The notes under the pieces: model-generated | What the model was told of the DNA's origin: nothing | What the model saw: only the letters and a program-made list of their open reading frames with translations | The model's database searches: none | Position numbers and translations under genes: made by a program | In this document: one piece after another, positions 1 through 14,820 of the stretch | Layout of the letters: each line of letters opens with the position of its first letter | How positions within the stretch are numbered: position 1 is the first letter of the stretch | Assembly: GCA_964016885.1 (NCBI GenBank) | Contig: OZ024740.1 | Coordinates: 346,208,001 to 346,272,000, forward strand | Length of the DNA: 64,000 nt | Reading direction: 5' to 3' | DNA from: Eledone cirrhosa | Taxonomy: Eukaryota

Positions 1-205
1 TCAGAGCGTTATAAAGAGGAATTATATCAATAGTATAAACTCTACCGACCTATATCACAAGAACGATCCATATGTAGCACAGAGGACTAAGAAGAGTTGG
101 GTGCTTGGACGACGCGTCATCGCTATATATGTATATATATATGTAAAAGAAAGCAAAGAACGCCTACATACTCATCTACGTAAATAAATCATATATATAT
201 ATATA

Positions 206-423
206 TTATTAGAAATGTTAGCTATCGCCTTATTTTGACTAAAGAAATTAAAGAAATTTTTCAGCCTGATAGTGGGGTTAAGAACCCTCGGAGAAATGGA
301 AAAAGATGAGTATTAACGTACATCTTTTTCCATTTCTACGAGGGTTATTAACCCCACTATCAGGCTAAATAATTTATTTAATTTCTTTAGTCAAAATACG
401 TCGATAGCTAACATTTCTAATAA
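206..423. repeat. ~220 bp imperfect palindrome (arms ~206-308 and ~321-423) between (TA)n tracts
   Basis: ttattagaaatgttagctatcg...aaatggaaaaagatg is the reverse complement of catctttttccatttct...cgatagctaacatttctaataa, with a 12 nt loop. Confidence 0.9.
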
Positions 424-460
424 CTTCAAATCCACTCGCTGTTTCGAAAATATTCTTACA

Positions 461-506
<46 letters not shown>

Positions 507-509
<3 letters not shown>

Positions 510-685
510 GTATAAAAATCAATACAATATAATTACCTCATTACCAGAGGTTTCCCGAATGAGGCGAATACGAAATAAAGGTAATTATATTGTATTGATT
601 TTTATACATTAAATTTTGCTCTGATACTTACATAGAGCACTCTTCATTTCTATGACCTTTTCTGTTTCCAACGGAAATTTCAATA

Positions 686-688
<3 letters not shown>
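507..688 (+). repeat. Short hairpin element (32 bp arms) with tail, embedded in (TA)n
   Basis: aatgtataaaaatcaatacaatataattacct / aggtaattatattgtattgatttttatacatt inverted arms; tail contains gagcactc (635-642). Confidence 0.75.
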
Positions 689-761
<73 letters not shown>

Positions 762-1196
762 TATATTGAATGTAACATGACATTCTTATTTTCATATTAC
801 CAAAACTTTATATATATATTACCAAATATCATTCCTCCAGGTTCAAAACACGTGCCCTAAAAGTTATCGTCACAATCATTCTGCAAACTATTTTAACACT
901 CTAATCCCCATACTACATTCAAGTCAATTTTCATTGGAAAAAATCAGTAACACAACATACATAATGAACGAAACCTTTAATATTAAATACTCACAGTTCC
1001 CTTACATTAGAAAATAAAAAGGCAACCAAAAAGATACGCTTAACCGCACCCCCACTCCTTCAATAAAGAAACAGCTGGAATACCACAAAAGACAATTTAA
1101 ATTTATTAAACACTATGTAATTACACCTAACTTTCATATTTATCAAGTAATGCAGTTGTGCATTACTTTGTAATGGTGTCGATTTGTGGGTATATT

Positions 1197-1276
<80 letters not shown>

Positions 1277-1885
1277 GAATTATACATGCGCATGTTGAAT
1301 TGTGTATGTGTGTATGTCTGATTGTGTGTGTTTGTGTACATGTACTTGTATCTTGATTAGGTTTAAGCGGTCATTGTACCATATACTGCTGAAACTCTGA
1401 GTAAATTGATTGATTCCTAATTAGAAATCGCCCAAGGTTTGCATTAAGAATTCAGAAGAAATTTCGATATAGAATTCTGTAATTTAATAATGACCACAGA
1501 TTATTGCAATAAATATTTATGATCTCACTATCTATTTATGAAGTTTAAACCTATTTTAGATAGAGGCATTGCTTTGTTTCTTGTGTTGTGTTAATGGTGT
1601 TAGACCACAGATTTGCTACTGGCTTTACTTAGAAAGAGAAATCTTATATCAGATAGAATGAAAGTTCTCCGGAAAAGAGCAAATGAAACTATCAAAACCC
1701 TCTGGTGGGATTTAAATGAAAATATGTCATGTTGCTTAGATACACCCTTCTGGCAATCATTCAAATTATCTTGCTAGTTAAATCTTTATATACGTGTTTT
1801 AGATATTTTATCACGCACGGACACAGATACACGTACACACACACTCTCGCTCTCTCTCACACACACTCATATATATATATATATA

Positions 1886-4100
1886 TTATAATAATGATTT
1901 CTTTATTGGCCACAAGGGCTGGCATCAAGAAAAACATTACAGACGGCACAGGACGGTACAGGACAGTACGATCTGGGTTTTGTGCGTTTAAATATTTTTA
2001 TTATTTATAGAAAAGACAAAAAAAGGACATAGAAACATATATATATATATATAAACGATAAAAATGAAAATTGAAACAATGAAAAATTCCCCAATAGGGG
2101 GGAAACCTCCGAGGGTTACTCGTGGCGAAAATCACACAAAAGACGATGGCCACCCTGACCACCAGGGCAAACGGCCTCTCTAAATTTTTCCATTTCTCAA
2201 TCTACAGACGTATATTCACTCGGACCATTCTCGCTACATACACCCACCTTTCAACAAGCTTGTTAGAAGGCAGCACTTGCCTCTCCACCCTGATTTTCCT
2301 CTTCAAGTGAAACTTGAAAAAGTTAATTAGGGATTCGCCGAAGAGGAAAGTGTCTGTCTTTAACCCTTTCAACCTTGTCCACCACACAATCTCTTTCGCC
2401 ATGGCCACCAGGCAGATGAAAACCGCCTGCCCTTCCTCCTCGAAGGAAGACGGCGAGACCATCTGCACAATGAACTCAGTCGACAACCGGATCAGTCCTA
2501 CACGCTACAGCAACTGTTCAACATAGATCCACAAGTCCGCAATGCTCGGGCACTGAACAAGTGCATGTACGACGGTTTCGTCGCTCTGCGCGCATCCCGG
2601 ACAGGCTCGACTGACGGCACTTCCGTGCCTTTAGAGCTTATCTTGAACCGGCAGCGCTCCCCGGTAGCACTGCAAGGCCAGGGATTTTTGGAGGTTATCC
2701 ATAGGCCCTGGACTGAAAGTTCTCCGGAAAAGAGCAAACAGCTGATCTTTTTGACGCCCAGGATCTCTCCGAGAATGTCGCTCTTCCCCTCCACTAGTCC
2801 TCTATAGAACGCCGAGCTGGATGTTCCACCGATACTGGTGCCCAGCTGGCAGTGGGCAGTGAGCACCTGGAGACATTCCAGTTTCCAAGCGCTATCCCTC
2901 GGTCTTTTTCTGACCCAGGACTGCAGCTCCATCAAGGAGACGAGCTGTGGGAAAACGTGCCTGGCGAACGGCGACCACACATGTTCACCACCAATGAAGC
3001 ACCAGAGATGTCGCAGCCTCAGCGCATGTTTGCGCATCATCAGCTATGGCATGCCCAGTCCTCCACGCAACGGGTATTGACAGCAGATGGATCGTCTGAC
3101 CAGGGGAGCGCTTCCCTTCCACAAAAAGCGGAAGAGGAGGCGCTCCATTTTGGTGAGAGTTGGGCTGGAGCAAGGGACGACGGTGAGGCGGTAGCAGATG
3201 ACAGATGCGATGAACGCATTCGCCACCTCCGGCCGGCCTTTCAGGGACAGTTTCCTCTCGGCCCATTTCTGGGTGAGGGAGGCCAACCTGCTCGTCACCT
3301 CGTTCCAGTTTTTCTCCTTCTGAAGGTCCGGTCCGAACAGACCCCGAGCAATTTAACGGGTCCATCCGTCCAACGTCCCACGACGCTGTCGGACGGCATG
3401 GACTTGCCTCTCCATGTCCCGAGCTGCAAGCACACCAATTCTTCCTGGTTTATCTTTGTTACTGTCACCACTTCGTATTCCTTGAGAGCGGTGCCGAGCA
3501 TCTGGACGTGTCTGGTGCTCGACACCGCCACGGTGACGTCGTCAGCGTAAGCAGACTCGGATTTCCCGCATGCTAGTTCACGTGGGACGCCCCTCATCTC
3601 CCCCAGTTTGTGCAGTAACGGCTCGAGAGCCAATACGTACAAGAGGGACGAGAGGAGACAACCCTGGTGGACTGAGCGCATGATGCTGAACGGCTGCGAC
3701 ATGTGACCGTTCACCCTCACAACTGAGCAGATGTCGCTGTACATTGCTACGATCCAACCCCTGAAAACGGGCCCGAAACCAGCTGCCTCGAGGACCGCCG
3801 CCGGGTACCGATGGTCGACCCTATCGAATGCTTTGGATTGATCCAAGTTGATCAGGGCACCACCCGTGCCAGGTTCCTTAACCACCCTCTCTATGATGTA
3901 TCGCATGAGGTGGAGGTTGTCCTGTATGGATCTGCCCGGAATGGCGCATGTCTGCGCCTCTCCCAACCTTGTTGCTAACAACTTGGCCAAAATCTTGTGA
4001 CTGCGTTTAGCAGTGTTATGGGCCTGAAATTATCGATAACATCCCCCTTGTTCGGGTCTTTTCTCAGCAGCGCCACTGCTCTGCGGCTCACAATAGGGAA
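1886..4100 (-). mobile_element. 5'-truncated, frameshifted L1/Tx1-clade LINE (ORF2 reverse transcriptase and C-terminal region)
   Basis: ORFs 3295-3990, 3044-3298, 2498-3040 and 2202-2486 give QTCAIPGRSIQDNLHL, LDQSKAFDRVDH, QGCLLSSLLY, AYADDVT and GGLGMP; minus-strand AATAAA at 1902-1907 followed by a (TAT)-rich tail. Confidence 0.9.
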
Positions 4101-4129
4101 ATGTTCCTAAAATTCCCTCATTGCGTTTG

Positions 4130-4950
4130 GCACCGGATTTGAAAAGGGAGACAAAGATAGCATCAACCCAGGTTTAGGACTCCTCCCCTCCCATGAACAA
4201 CGATATATTACTGGTACTTTACTCTCAGAGTGTCTGACATTTTGTGTTATAACTAGATTGAGTTTGGTTGTCTAGCCGATGATCAGTCCAGCACTCTGAT
4301 CCCCTCACCCCACAATCATATTTACATTGCAATTTTTAACTGAAATATAAACAATGAAATTCCAATCCATAGACTATAGAAGCATCCGAGTTGTTTATGT
4401 TTACTTTTCTGCTGAGAGAACAAGCTGCTTCTCATAACAAGTTGATGTTCAGTGCAAAACGTAAGGAGTGAAACACTATTTAGGTTACATGCTCCTATAC
4501 CATGTTTACATATGGCGGAAAATGATATGACATCAGATCCAACCATCGAGTTGAAATCATCCATAACTTCAAGCGTATCAACAATTCCCCACATTCTATA
4601 ATTCCTTTGTAGAATTTTTCAACATATACTATCTGTGACATTAAGGGAGCGAGGTGCGTAATTATTTATTATTTACGGTTCCCCTCTATTTCTGATTGTG
4701 AGATGACATTATACTTTCTGAGGACCCACTGGAATCATTTTCAAACGGTGATACCAGAGATTTTCTAACAGCCAAGCCAATTCCTGATTCTCACGTTTAA
4801 GCGTCTACTAAACCTTTCCAAATGAAAGTTTAATGATAATCATAACAAATCCAACATCCAATAAACGGAACACGAACTCTGTAAGGTATATATTTCTTGC
4901 GCAAAGTCGTCCAACCATCTAAACATCTTTCAGTTTCTAATTCGTTGGCT
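4130..4950 (-). mobile_element. Degenerate RTE-like LINE apurinic endonuclease fragment
   Basis: ORF 4322-4594 has DFNSMVG and GIGACNLNSVSLLTFCTEHQLV; minus-strand RESGIGLAVRK near 4765-4795. Confidence 0.6.
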
Positions 4951-5565
4951 CCTTAAAACCAGCCGTGAAAAGTACACATTAACATTCCTCGACTCCCCTT
5001 TGAATCTAAACCACTGCATGTATACCTATCCTACAACCCCAGAGTGTACTCACTACGCATCACCTTAATCAAAACTTTATACATTGCTAAAAAGCTTTTC
5101 CAAAGAGTCATGATGCGTAAATTGAAAATAATTCTACTCATGTTGCCTCAAATAATTTTTTTGTGTATATATTAGTACTTATCAGATTTGTAAGCCCGAG
5201 TAATGTTTTCTATATACTGTATAATATACTTATTACAATCTATAATGTATATTGCGTTTCTTGACTCACAGCGCAGCCACATCCTGGCGTCCATGTTACC
5301 GGTAACATAGACTCTAAAGAAGGTATCAAATATCAAAACACAGACATATACTTGAACCATGCCACTCCAATAAGTTTTTACATTTTCGCAATAATACTAA
5401 TCATGCCTGACAGATTATTGCCATAACATTTCACTATACAGACACACCTGGTCTAATTAACTTAATAAGAGTTGAATAAATCAATGCCAATTAACGAAGG
5501 ACCGTTAAATCCTAATCGGCGTCATCTGGAATAAGATCAGTTTAGTTGAGCTTTGCGAAATTCGC

Positions 5566-5627
<62 letters not shown>

Positions 5628-5630
<3 letters not shown>

Positions 5631-5711
5631 CACTCTACTACGCTAAGTATGGAGTACTCTGGTGCATTATGATCCTACGGTCCACCTGGTATCTTACAAC
5701 ACCCTCTTTGT

Positions 5712-5713
<2 letters not shown>
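5628..5713 (+). repeat. Tail fragment of the repeat family also at 38733-38899 and 48451-48650
   Basis: acccactctactacgctaagtatggagtactctggtgc matches 38833-38870. Confidence 0.75.
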
Positions 5714-5749
<36 letters not shown>

Positions 5750-5757
<8 letters not shown>

Positions 5758-5899
5758 CATGACAGGCTGAAGAAATTGGGGCCCAGAACGCAACGAAACT
5801 TGTGTACTTGTTTATGTCACTGTTGTAATTATTTATACTAAACTCGTCGTTTGGAATGAGTGCTCTTACTGTTGGATATTTTCACTTAACTTTTACTTC

Positions 5900-5900
<1 letters not shown>
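5750..5900 (+). repeat. Short element with hammerhead-like core flanked by inverted arms
   Basis: CTGAAGA 5767-5773 and CGAAAC 5794-5799; arms ataattacatgaca / tgtcactgttgtaattat; gagtgctc at 5858-5865. Confidence 0.5.
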
Positions 5901-5978
<78 letters not shown>

Positions 5979-6269
5979 GGTCGTGGGGAAAGTGTGTGTG
6001 TATCGTTCCTATAAACATTTCAGATACGCTAATTCCAATATGCCGTATGAAGATTAGTATATCTACACTACACCTACCACACACTCTCACTCACCATGTC
6101 TTAATTATCTCCCTCTTTCTCGCACCAATTTTTAGTCAGTTTCCCTCACTATCACCTACACCAAATCCTTTGTCCTCTCCCTTTCACTATCCCGATCTCG
6201 TCTTTTCAATTATCACTAGTGAATAACACACGAGAGTATAAATAGTATGTGCCCCAGCCAAAAGGATAT

Positions 6270-7030
<761 letters not shown>

Positions 7031-7916
7031 CACACATTTTTAACACGGTTAAAACAATAAAACACAACTATACAACACGAGGAGTAAACAAAAAACAGAA
7101 CATCACCACCGCCACCACAACCAACACTATAACAACAACAACACAAACAGCAATATTAACCGCAAGAACGTGTGCATACAAAGATAGAGGCACACATACT
7201 TTAGCAGGCGTATACACCAATAATGAAATATACAAACAAAATAAAACATTCAGGAATTAAAAGAAGAGGCAACCGTTAGCGTGAAATCAAAATTACCAGC
7301 CATTGTTAATGACAACTAACATTGGATTAAAACTCACCCAGGCTTAACCGTTCTATTTGACCGCCTTGTCAAGCTTCCGATGTGTATAATTAGAAAATGA
7401 AAATATCACTTTCAAAAACGAATGTCCCATCAGTACAGAATGCCCAAAAGATTAAAGAAAATTCCTCATTGCCTGTCTGATATCAGTTTTATGACATCAT
7501 TAACGACCCCTACTTGCTAATCAAATACAGAGAGGCTGGCAAACACACATACCCACATACACACATTCACACATACGCAAAAGCGTCCGCGTGCATTCAC
7601 ACGCTCAACTACAAGGACGCACAACTCACACATTTACGTAAAAATATTTACTTACAAACGAACACGAACGCACGCACACACACACACACACACACACACA
7701 TACAGATATAAATATATAAGGATATATATATACAAATATACATATATGTATAAGTATACGTATATACATCTGTCTGTGTGTGTACTTATGCCAGATTATA
7801 TATACGTATATATATGTGCGTGCGTTTGAGTGTGTATGTGTGTTTATATGTATGTATATATATATGTATATATATATATATATATACACGCACACACACA
7901 CACACTCACACAAGCA

Positions 7917-7954
<38 letters not shown>

Positions 7955-8340
7955 TATAAGTATAAATATTTAAAAAACGGAGGCACCATTTAAAATCTCC
8001 ATTATGATGACAATCAATCAATCTTCCACCATTTACCTACCAACATATCTATAGTTTTTGAAGAATATATACATTCTATAGTAAATAACCATACCAATTT
8101 AGTTATTTTCTATTTCCATCTATACAAATATACATTCTTCTCTCTTTATATATGTGTATCTCGTTATGTTACTACTCCATCACACATCCCTCAAGCTACT
8201 CATTCACATTTCTGTTAAGACATCACTCCATGCATACGTAGATCCACCCTTTCTGTTATTTCTTTTTAATAATTTCAAAACATGTTAAATTCATTACTAT
8301 ATGAAATCCATCTATTCATCCATTCATACATACATATATA

Positions 8341-8950
8341 CATGGTGGCAGCAAACTCGTTTTCGAGTACGGCCACTACTTTATATCCATGTAGGAGAAC
8401 CTCTACCGATGCGCTGAACGAGTGTGACTTTTTAGTCCAGCCAGCGACTTGAAAACTCTGGTTCAAACACTACACTTGTGACAATTATTGACACAGTGCT
8501 GGGCCCATGGTACCATGTGACGACAAGTGTAGAGAGATCTCCAGATATAAAGCAATGCCTGTGCCGTGAAGCTTTTATAGTGAGCAAAGGCACTGCACAA
8601 AGCCAGTCCCACTGTCTTAACCAAGAAGATAGTTACCAAAAAGAAGAACAAGTCAACATCATTGGATACCATCAGGGTTGCAGGTGTTATATCAGAGTTG
8701 TCCTTCTCCTAGAATTCTGCCTTGACAAAGGCTAAGGGGTCATCTCTCCTGGTGATTTTGGATGGCCATTGACTCTTAAGAGCTCCTTTGTCCTTTGACA
8801 GGTTTTGTTTTTAGTCCTGCTGGATATCCAAAGTCACCCTCCTCACCAAGAAACTTTGGTGGGGTTGTCAGTTTAGTCGCCAACGACCCAACCATGAGAC
8901 AGGTTGTACTGGGATACATGTTACCAGTAGCTACATCTGGTGACCTGACA
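8341..8950 (-). mobile_element. Non-autonomous RTE-related element (bipartite SINE-like), flanked by (TACA)n
   Basis: Near-identical to 16394-16786; 3' end atggtggcagc...tcgttttcgagtacgg matches the RTE LINE tail at ~58995-59030; 5' end matches 58790-58984. Confidence 0.75.
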
Positions 8951-9166
8951 TACATATATACATACATATATACATACATGCATACGTGCATATATTCACC
9001 CATACATATATACTGAAACGCACATGCAGGACGAGTGCACACACTCACATATATATGTATACACACACACATCAATACATATATATATAAATGCACACAT
9101 ATGTATATATATGTGTGTGTGTGTGTGTGTGTATAAAGTCTGCTTGGTGTTGCATTCGGGACTTTA

Positions 9167-9243
<77 letters not shown>

Positions 9244-10368
9244 ACCTATATATAAATCTATCTATCTATCTATCTATCTCTCCCTCAGAGTGAGAGAGAT
9301 AAAAGGAACAGGGCTATTTTGAGTTAGCGATAGAGGGTGTGCAGGTTATATTCTTCAGTATTAATTATTATTGGACATTTATATATTAATCTTGAGGTAA
9401 AATCTTGAGACCTGAAATAACGTTTGATAATTAAAGGAAATAAATATGCATGAGATATGGTCAATACGAAATGGCCGCTAAATTTTGTTCATTTAACATT
9501 TTCTAATATTTCACCTACAAATTGCATTGATAATAATTGACCTTTCATGTACACTGATGAGGTTGTTATAACAATAGCGTTTATAGTAAATATTCATTGC
9601 TTTTTAATTTGCTTATTAAGAATATAAGTAACGGCGTTTACTATAAAACAACATTATCACTGTGTCAGAAACATCTTGATTCGTATAATTTCTTGTATTT
9701 GGGGGTGTAATCTTATGCTCTGGGTTCTAATCTCGTTATAGGCAATTCTACTTTTTTTTTTTATAATGGAATGATCCTTTCTATAAAAGAATTATTTTTA
9801 ACATAAATCGTTTCTGAAAATTAAGCACTCGTTTCAAAAACTTCCAAGAGATAATGGTATATTTTCTGCAATATACTCTGAGAACTAGAAAAAATGTATG
9901 AATTTAATTTGGCACGGAAATAATAAGTGTGGACGTGCATTTTGACTGGCAAGTGTTATTCATTTCACTTTAAACAAAATATTAAAAACAAAGCTTCTAA
10001 AATTAAGTTCACCGTGAGAAATATATCCATGCTGACCTTGCTACAGAAGTTAAAATTAACAGCGAATTCAAATACTGAACTCAACCTCATATGGCGTCTG
10101 TCTATTGTTCTTATGAGTTAAATAAATGACGAAGTTTATGGCATTTAGAGAGTTACTCATTCAAATTTCTATTAAAACATCATTGCATGTCCGCATGCAT
10201 ACGTAGATCCACCTTTTGCTGTTATTGGTTTCTTGATAATTTAAAATGAAAGAAATACTTCTAAACATGTATAGTTCATTTCTGTATGAAATCCATCTAT
10301 TTATCCAATCATATACATACACACGCACACACGCACACGCACACACGCACACGCACATGCACACACGC

Positions 10369-10413
<45 letters not shown>

Positions 10414-10641
10414 CATTCAGTATAACATTTCTTGGGCCTTTGGCCGTTAATCGACGCAACAAATGTGTTACATCCTCCAGTATTCCGATGATTTGATCAA
10501 AGACACACACTGTATTTAAGGTCGAGTGACGCAACTTCGAGTAATTAGTGGTCTTTAGACTCACTTGATCAATGAACAATTGTTAATACTGTAAATAAAC
10601 CCTTTTTGAACAGCCGCCCATTTTATTCTTTACTCTTTTCC

Positions 10642-10677
<36 letters not shown>

Positions 10678-11547
10678 GTTTGTATTTTTTTCTGTGTGCG
10701 TTTAAACGAAAGAAAGACATATCACAAGTTTGGGGAAAGTTTATATCTACATATATATATGCATAAAGTTCTGTCTTTCTTAAACTGCATATATGTCTAA
10801 ACAATATATGTGCGTGTTCTCGTGTGTATGTGCTTGTATGCCCGGGTGAGTGTTATGTGTATATTTGTATGTATAAATATATGTGTGAGTGTGAATGTGT
10901 GTATGTGTCTCCTGAATGTATGGGGATCATTTTGGTGTGTTTTGATTTTTAACGAGTCTTTTGGTGTTAGAGGAGAGGTCGAAATAGGGAGGGAGAGAAT
11001 TGTAACGATGTCACTTTACGAACGACTTTACTATAATGCTGACAAAAGAATCCATTGTGTGTCTTATCTCTGACATGGCTTGCCTGCGGATGGCTGGGGG
11101 GTGGGGGCGTGGTTGTTCTAGATGCGGTGACATGGTACAGTTGTATGTAGTAGAATCGTGTGATGGGTTGTGTTGTGCTGTGGTGTTTTTGTTGGTAGTG
11201 GTGGTGGAGTTGGTGGTCTATTGAGGTTGGAATAGGTAGTGGAAAAAGGAGGAATATCACACATTAAAACTATATATTTTTTTATGTTGTATTTCGGTTT
11301 TCTTTAGTTTTATTCTTTTATTTTCGTTTGTGTTGTTGCTCTAGTTGTTGTTGGTTTCGTCCCGTTGTCTGAGACTGACAGAGCGAACGGAATGGTTTTC
11401 AAATTACCATCATGGAACTGACCCTCCGTTGAATTGATATGGGTTGAGGATTGAGATAAATAGGGATGGATATAGTGTTAGAGAGAAGGAGAGAACATGA
11501 GATAGATTTAGTGAGTCAGTTTGAGAGCGATAGTGGGATTTATATAG

Positions 11548-11633
<86 letters not shown>

Positions 11634-11646
11634 CATACACACACAT

Positions 11647-11680
<34 letters not shown>

Positions 11681-11774
11681 ATGTATACATATATATGTAT
11701 ACATATATGTATATATATGTATACATATATGTATACATATATATGTATATATATATTTATATATATATATATGT

Positions 11775-11828
<54 letters not shown>

Positions 11829-11938
11829 ACATATATATGTATATATATATATATATATTTTATATACACATATATGTATGTACATATATACATATATATG
11901 TATATATATATATATGTTTATATATACATATATATGTT

Positions 11939-12040
<102 letters not shown>

Positions 12041-12199
12041 AGTGACAAAAAGACAGCGATGAAGAAACAGCAAGATTGTCAGACTGGTAGTTACAACTCA
12101 TGTGAGATCCAAACAATAAAGAAATAGGAAGATATGCATAATGAGAGAATTGTGGTGTGTTGTATATAGAAAGGATTATTTTCAGTATGGACATGTTGA

Positions 12200-12208
12200 T
12201 AATGATGG

Positions 12209-12249
<41 letters not shown>

Positions 12250-12275
12250 GTAATCATCATCATCATCATCATGAT
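12200..12275. repeat. (GAT)n followed by (CAT)n trinucleotide tracts
   Basis: Seen directly. Confidence 0.9.
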
Positions 12276-13099
12276 AAGCATAATGATGTTGAAAATAACG
12301 ATGATGGCGATAAAAGTGACGGAATAGGAAGAGGAGAGAAATGTGATGAGGAACGAGAATGGAACCTTTTTAAAAATAATACGTGATTTGTTAAGACTGG
12401 GAAATTGCACAATTCGATGATGGCCTGTGGAATTTCTGGGAAATGTAGATTAGGCCAGCTTTGGATGGAATATGTTAAGAATACGTATTATTATTGTTTG
12501 TTGGAATAGGACGTATAGAATTGGAATCTGAGACGTATATTGAGATGTCTCGTTCAATAAGTTGAGTTGGTGTTTGTGACGGTTTCGGATTCTCTAGTTA
12601 GAATTAATGTAGAATCATTAGTGTTTGCCGTTGAATAATTTCTTTTTGCCATTTAATCAAGGAAGATGAGCAGTGCCCAGGATTATGTTCAGAGTCACTG
12701 AAGTTGCTGGAATGCAAGGTGGAATGCTTCTTCAAACTAGAGATCTGTCCCGAAAGAATGCAACAAAGTACACACGGATAAAAGCAACGAAGCAATATAT
12801 TGAATCTACCACTCATGTAGGCCACAGTGGATTGTGAAATCAGAATATAGATATTTCATTTGGTGCTCTAATAATTCCAAAAATTCTACCAGCCTCGACA
12901 GGTATTTTTTTTTTCTTTTAGTTCACAGCGATCAAAGAAAATAATTGATTTAGAGTTATTGTTTTAAAACTTGCGTGACTAATTTGAATTATAAAATTAA
13001 TGCGTGAACGTATGAGATTGAGTGTATATGAAAGTTCGTCTAGCATATATTTGTGTCTGTAAATAAGAAAGGTGTGTCTTATTCCAAATACGGAAAAAT

Positions 13100-13100
13100 C

Positions 13101-13157
<57 letters not shown>

Positions 13158-13212
13158 GTAGAAGCAGTAGTAGTAGTAGTAGTAGTTGATGTTGTTGTTG
13201 TTGTTGTTGTTG
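13100..13212. repeat. (GTA)n/(GTT)n microsatellite
   Basis: Seen directly. Confidence 0.9.
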
Positions 13213-13499
13213 CATGTTATTCTTCTCGATTTTGGTTTATTACTTTAGCCTCAAACTTGCCCGAAAAGTTATATGATGGAATATCTTTCGTCTTTAACTA
13301 TAACGTCTCCACGTGTCCTTTATGACCTCTTGCCTGAATTTCAAAGGGATTTAGCTGTTATATCTAACAACTCGGGAAACCACTTAGAAAATACATTGTT
13401 ACCTCAATATAACCAGGTAGAATTGACATGTTGAAAACGAACGTATCAGACAATATATTAAGGTCAATACAATAGATTAAACCCACAAATAAGTGCTAA

Positions 13500-13810
13500 T
13501 GCTTTCCTGTGATCATGAATCTTGAATAATGACCGAAAGTATACGATCGCAAATACAAACAGCCGAAATAGAGTTACTCCAAAGGGTCTTTGGAGTAGCG
13601 TTATACGATAGAGCTTGTAGCTAGGAGAATCACTCCAGGTAGAGCCGTTAATTCTCTGAATTGAGAGATTACAGCTCAGACATTATGGGCATGTGATTAG
13701 ACAACATCAGGAAAGAATCACTGGACTGATTTTACGGTTAAAGCCAGCCGGTAGGAGATCCAGAGCTAAACCCCGAGCAAGATGGTTGGATAACATCCAA
13801 GAGCTGGTAG
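13500..13810 (+). mobile_element. RTE-like LINE ORF2 C-terminal fragment
   Basis: IERLQLRHYGHVIRQ...KPAGRRSRAKPRARWLDNI, resembling the post-RT WxGHVxR...GRPxxRWxD motif. Confidence 0.7.
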
Positions 13811-13829
13811 AAGTGGAATGCATTGACCG

Positions 13830-14820
13830 CAACACTTTATTTTATCGAGCTTCTAAAGATGAAAAGGAAAGCTAACATACGCGGGATGTGAACTCAGAAC
13901 ATGAAGGGACATGGCGCAAAGCGTGTTGCTCGACGCTCTACCGATGGAGCATATTCACCACTCTCACATGGTAATTAATAATGGTTTCTGGTTTAGACAC
14001 AAGGGCAACAATTCTGGGGGAGATGAAAGTCGATCAAATCGACCCCAGTGTATTACTGGTGCTTTATTTTATCGAGTCCGTAAGGATGAAAGGCAAAGTT
14101 AACCTAGGTGGGATTTGTACTCAGAACGTAAAGGGACGTAACACTATACCTCAAAGATTGTTGTTCGACCGATACTGCGCATCGACCGACCTCACTTGGT
14201 AAACAATAATTGTTTCTACTACAGGCCCACGTGGAAATTAATAATTGTTTCTACTTTTGGCACAGGGCCAGCAATTATCCCAGTGTATTACTGGTACTTT
14301 ATTTTATCGAACCCGTAAGGATGAAAGGCAAAGTTAACCTCGGCGGGATATGAACCCAGACCATGAAGGGCTGTAACTCTTTGCTGCAAAGCATAGCGTC
14401 CAACCCTCTACCGATACTGCCAATCCACTGCCCCGTGGTAATTAATAATTGTTCCTTCTTTTGGCACAAAGCCAGCAATTACCCAGTACATTACTGGTTC
14501 TTTATTTTATCGACCCCGTAAGGATGAAAGGCAAAGTTAACCTCGGCGGGATTTGAACTCAGAATAGCAAGGGCTGTAACTCTATGCGTCAAAGCATGGC
14601 ATCCGACGCTCTACCGATAATGGTTTCTGGTTTAGACACAAGGTCAACAATTTTGGGGGAGGGAAAAGTTGATTAAATCGACTCCAGTGTATTATTTTAA
14701 CGACTCCGTAAGGATGAACGGCAAAATTAACCTCGGCAGGATTTGAACTCAGACCGTAAAGCGACTTGACTCTATGCTGCAAAGCATGACGTCCGACCCT
14801 TTACTGATACTGCCAATCTA
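13830..14820 (-). mobile_element. Tandem cluster of about 5 tRNA-derived SINE copies (Meta-domain-like core)
   Basis: Repeated ttttatcgaccccgtaaggatgaaaggcaaagttaacctcggcgggatttgaactcaga (core plus B-box) at ~13840, 14070, 14300, 14505 and 14695. Confidence 0.85.

Noticed and set aside
2852-3550. 232 aa plus-strand ORF
   Set aside because: Antisense shadow of the GC-rich Tx1-type RT
13830-14820. Repeat-spacer-like periodicity resembling a CRISPR array
   Set aside because: Units are ~200 bp SINEs in eukaryotic DNA with no cas genes
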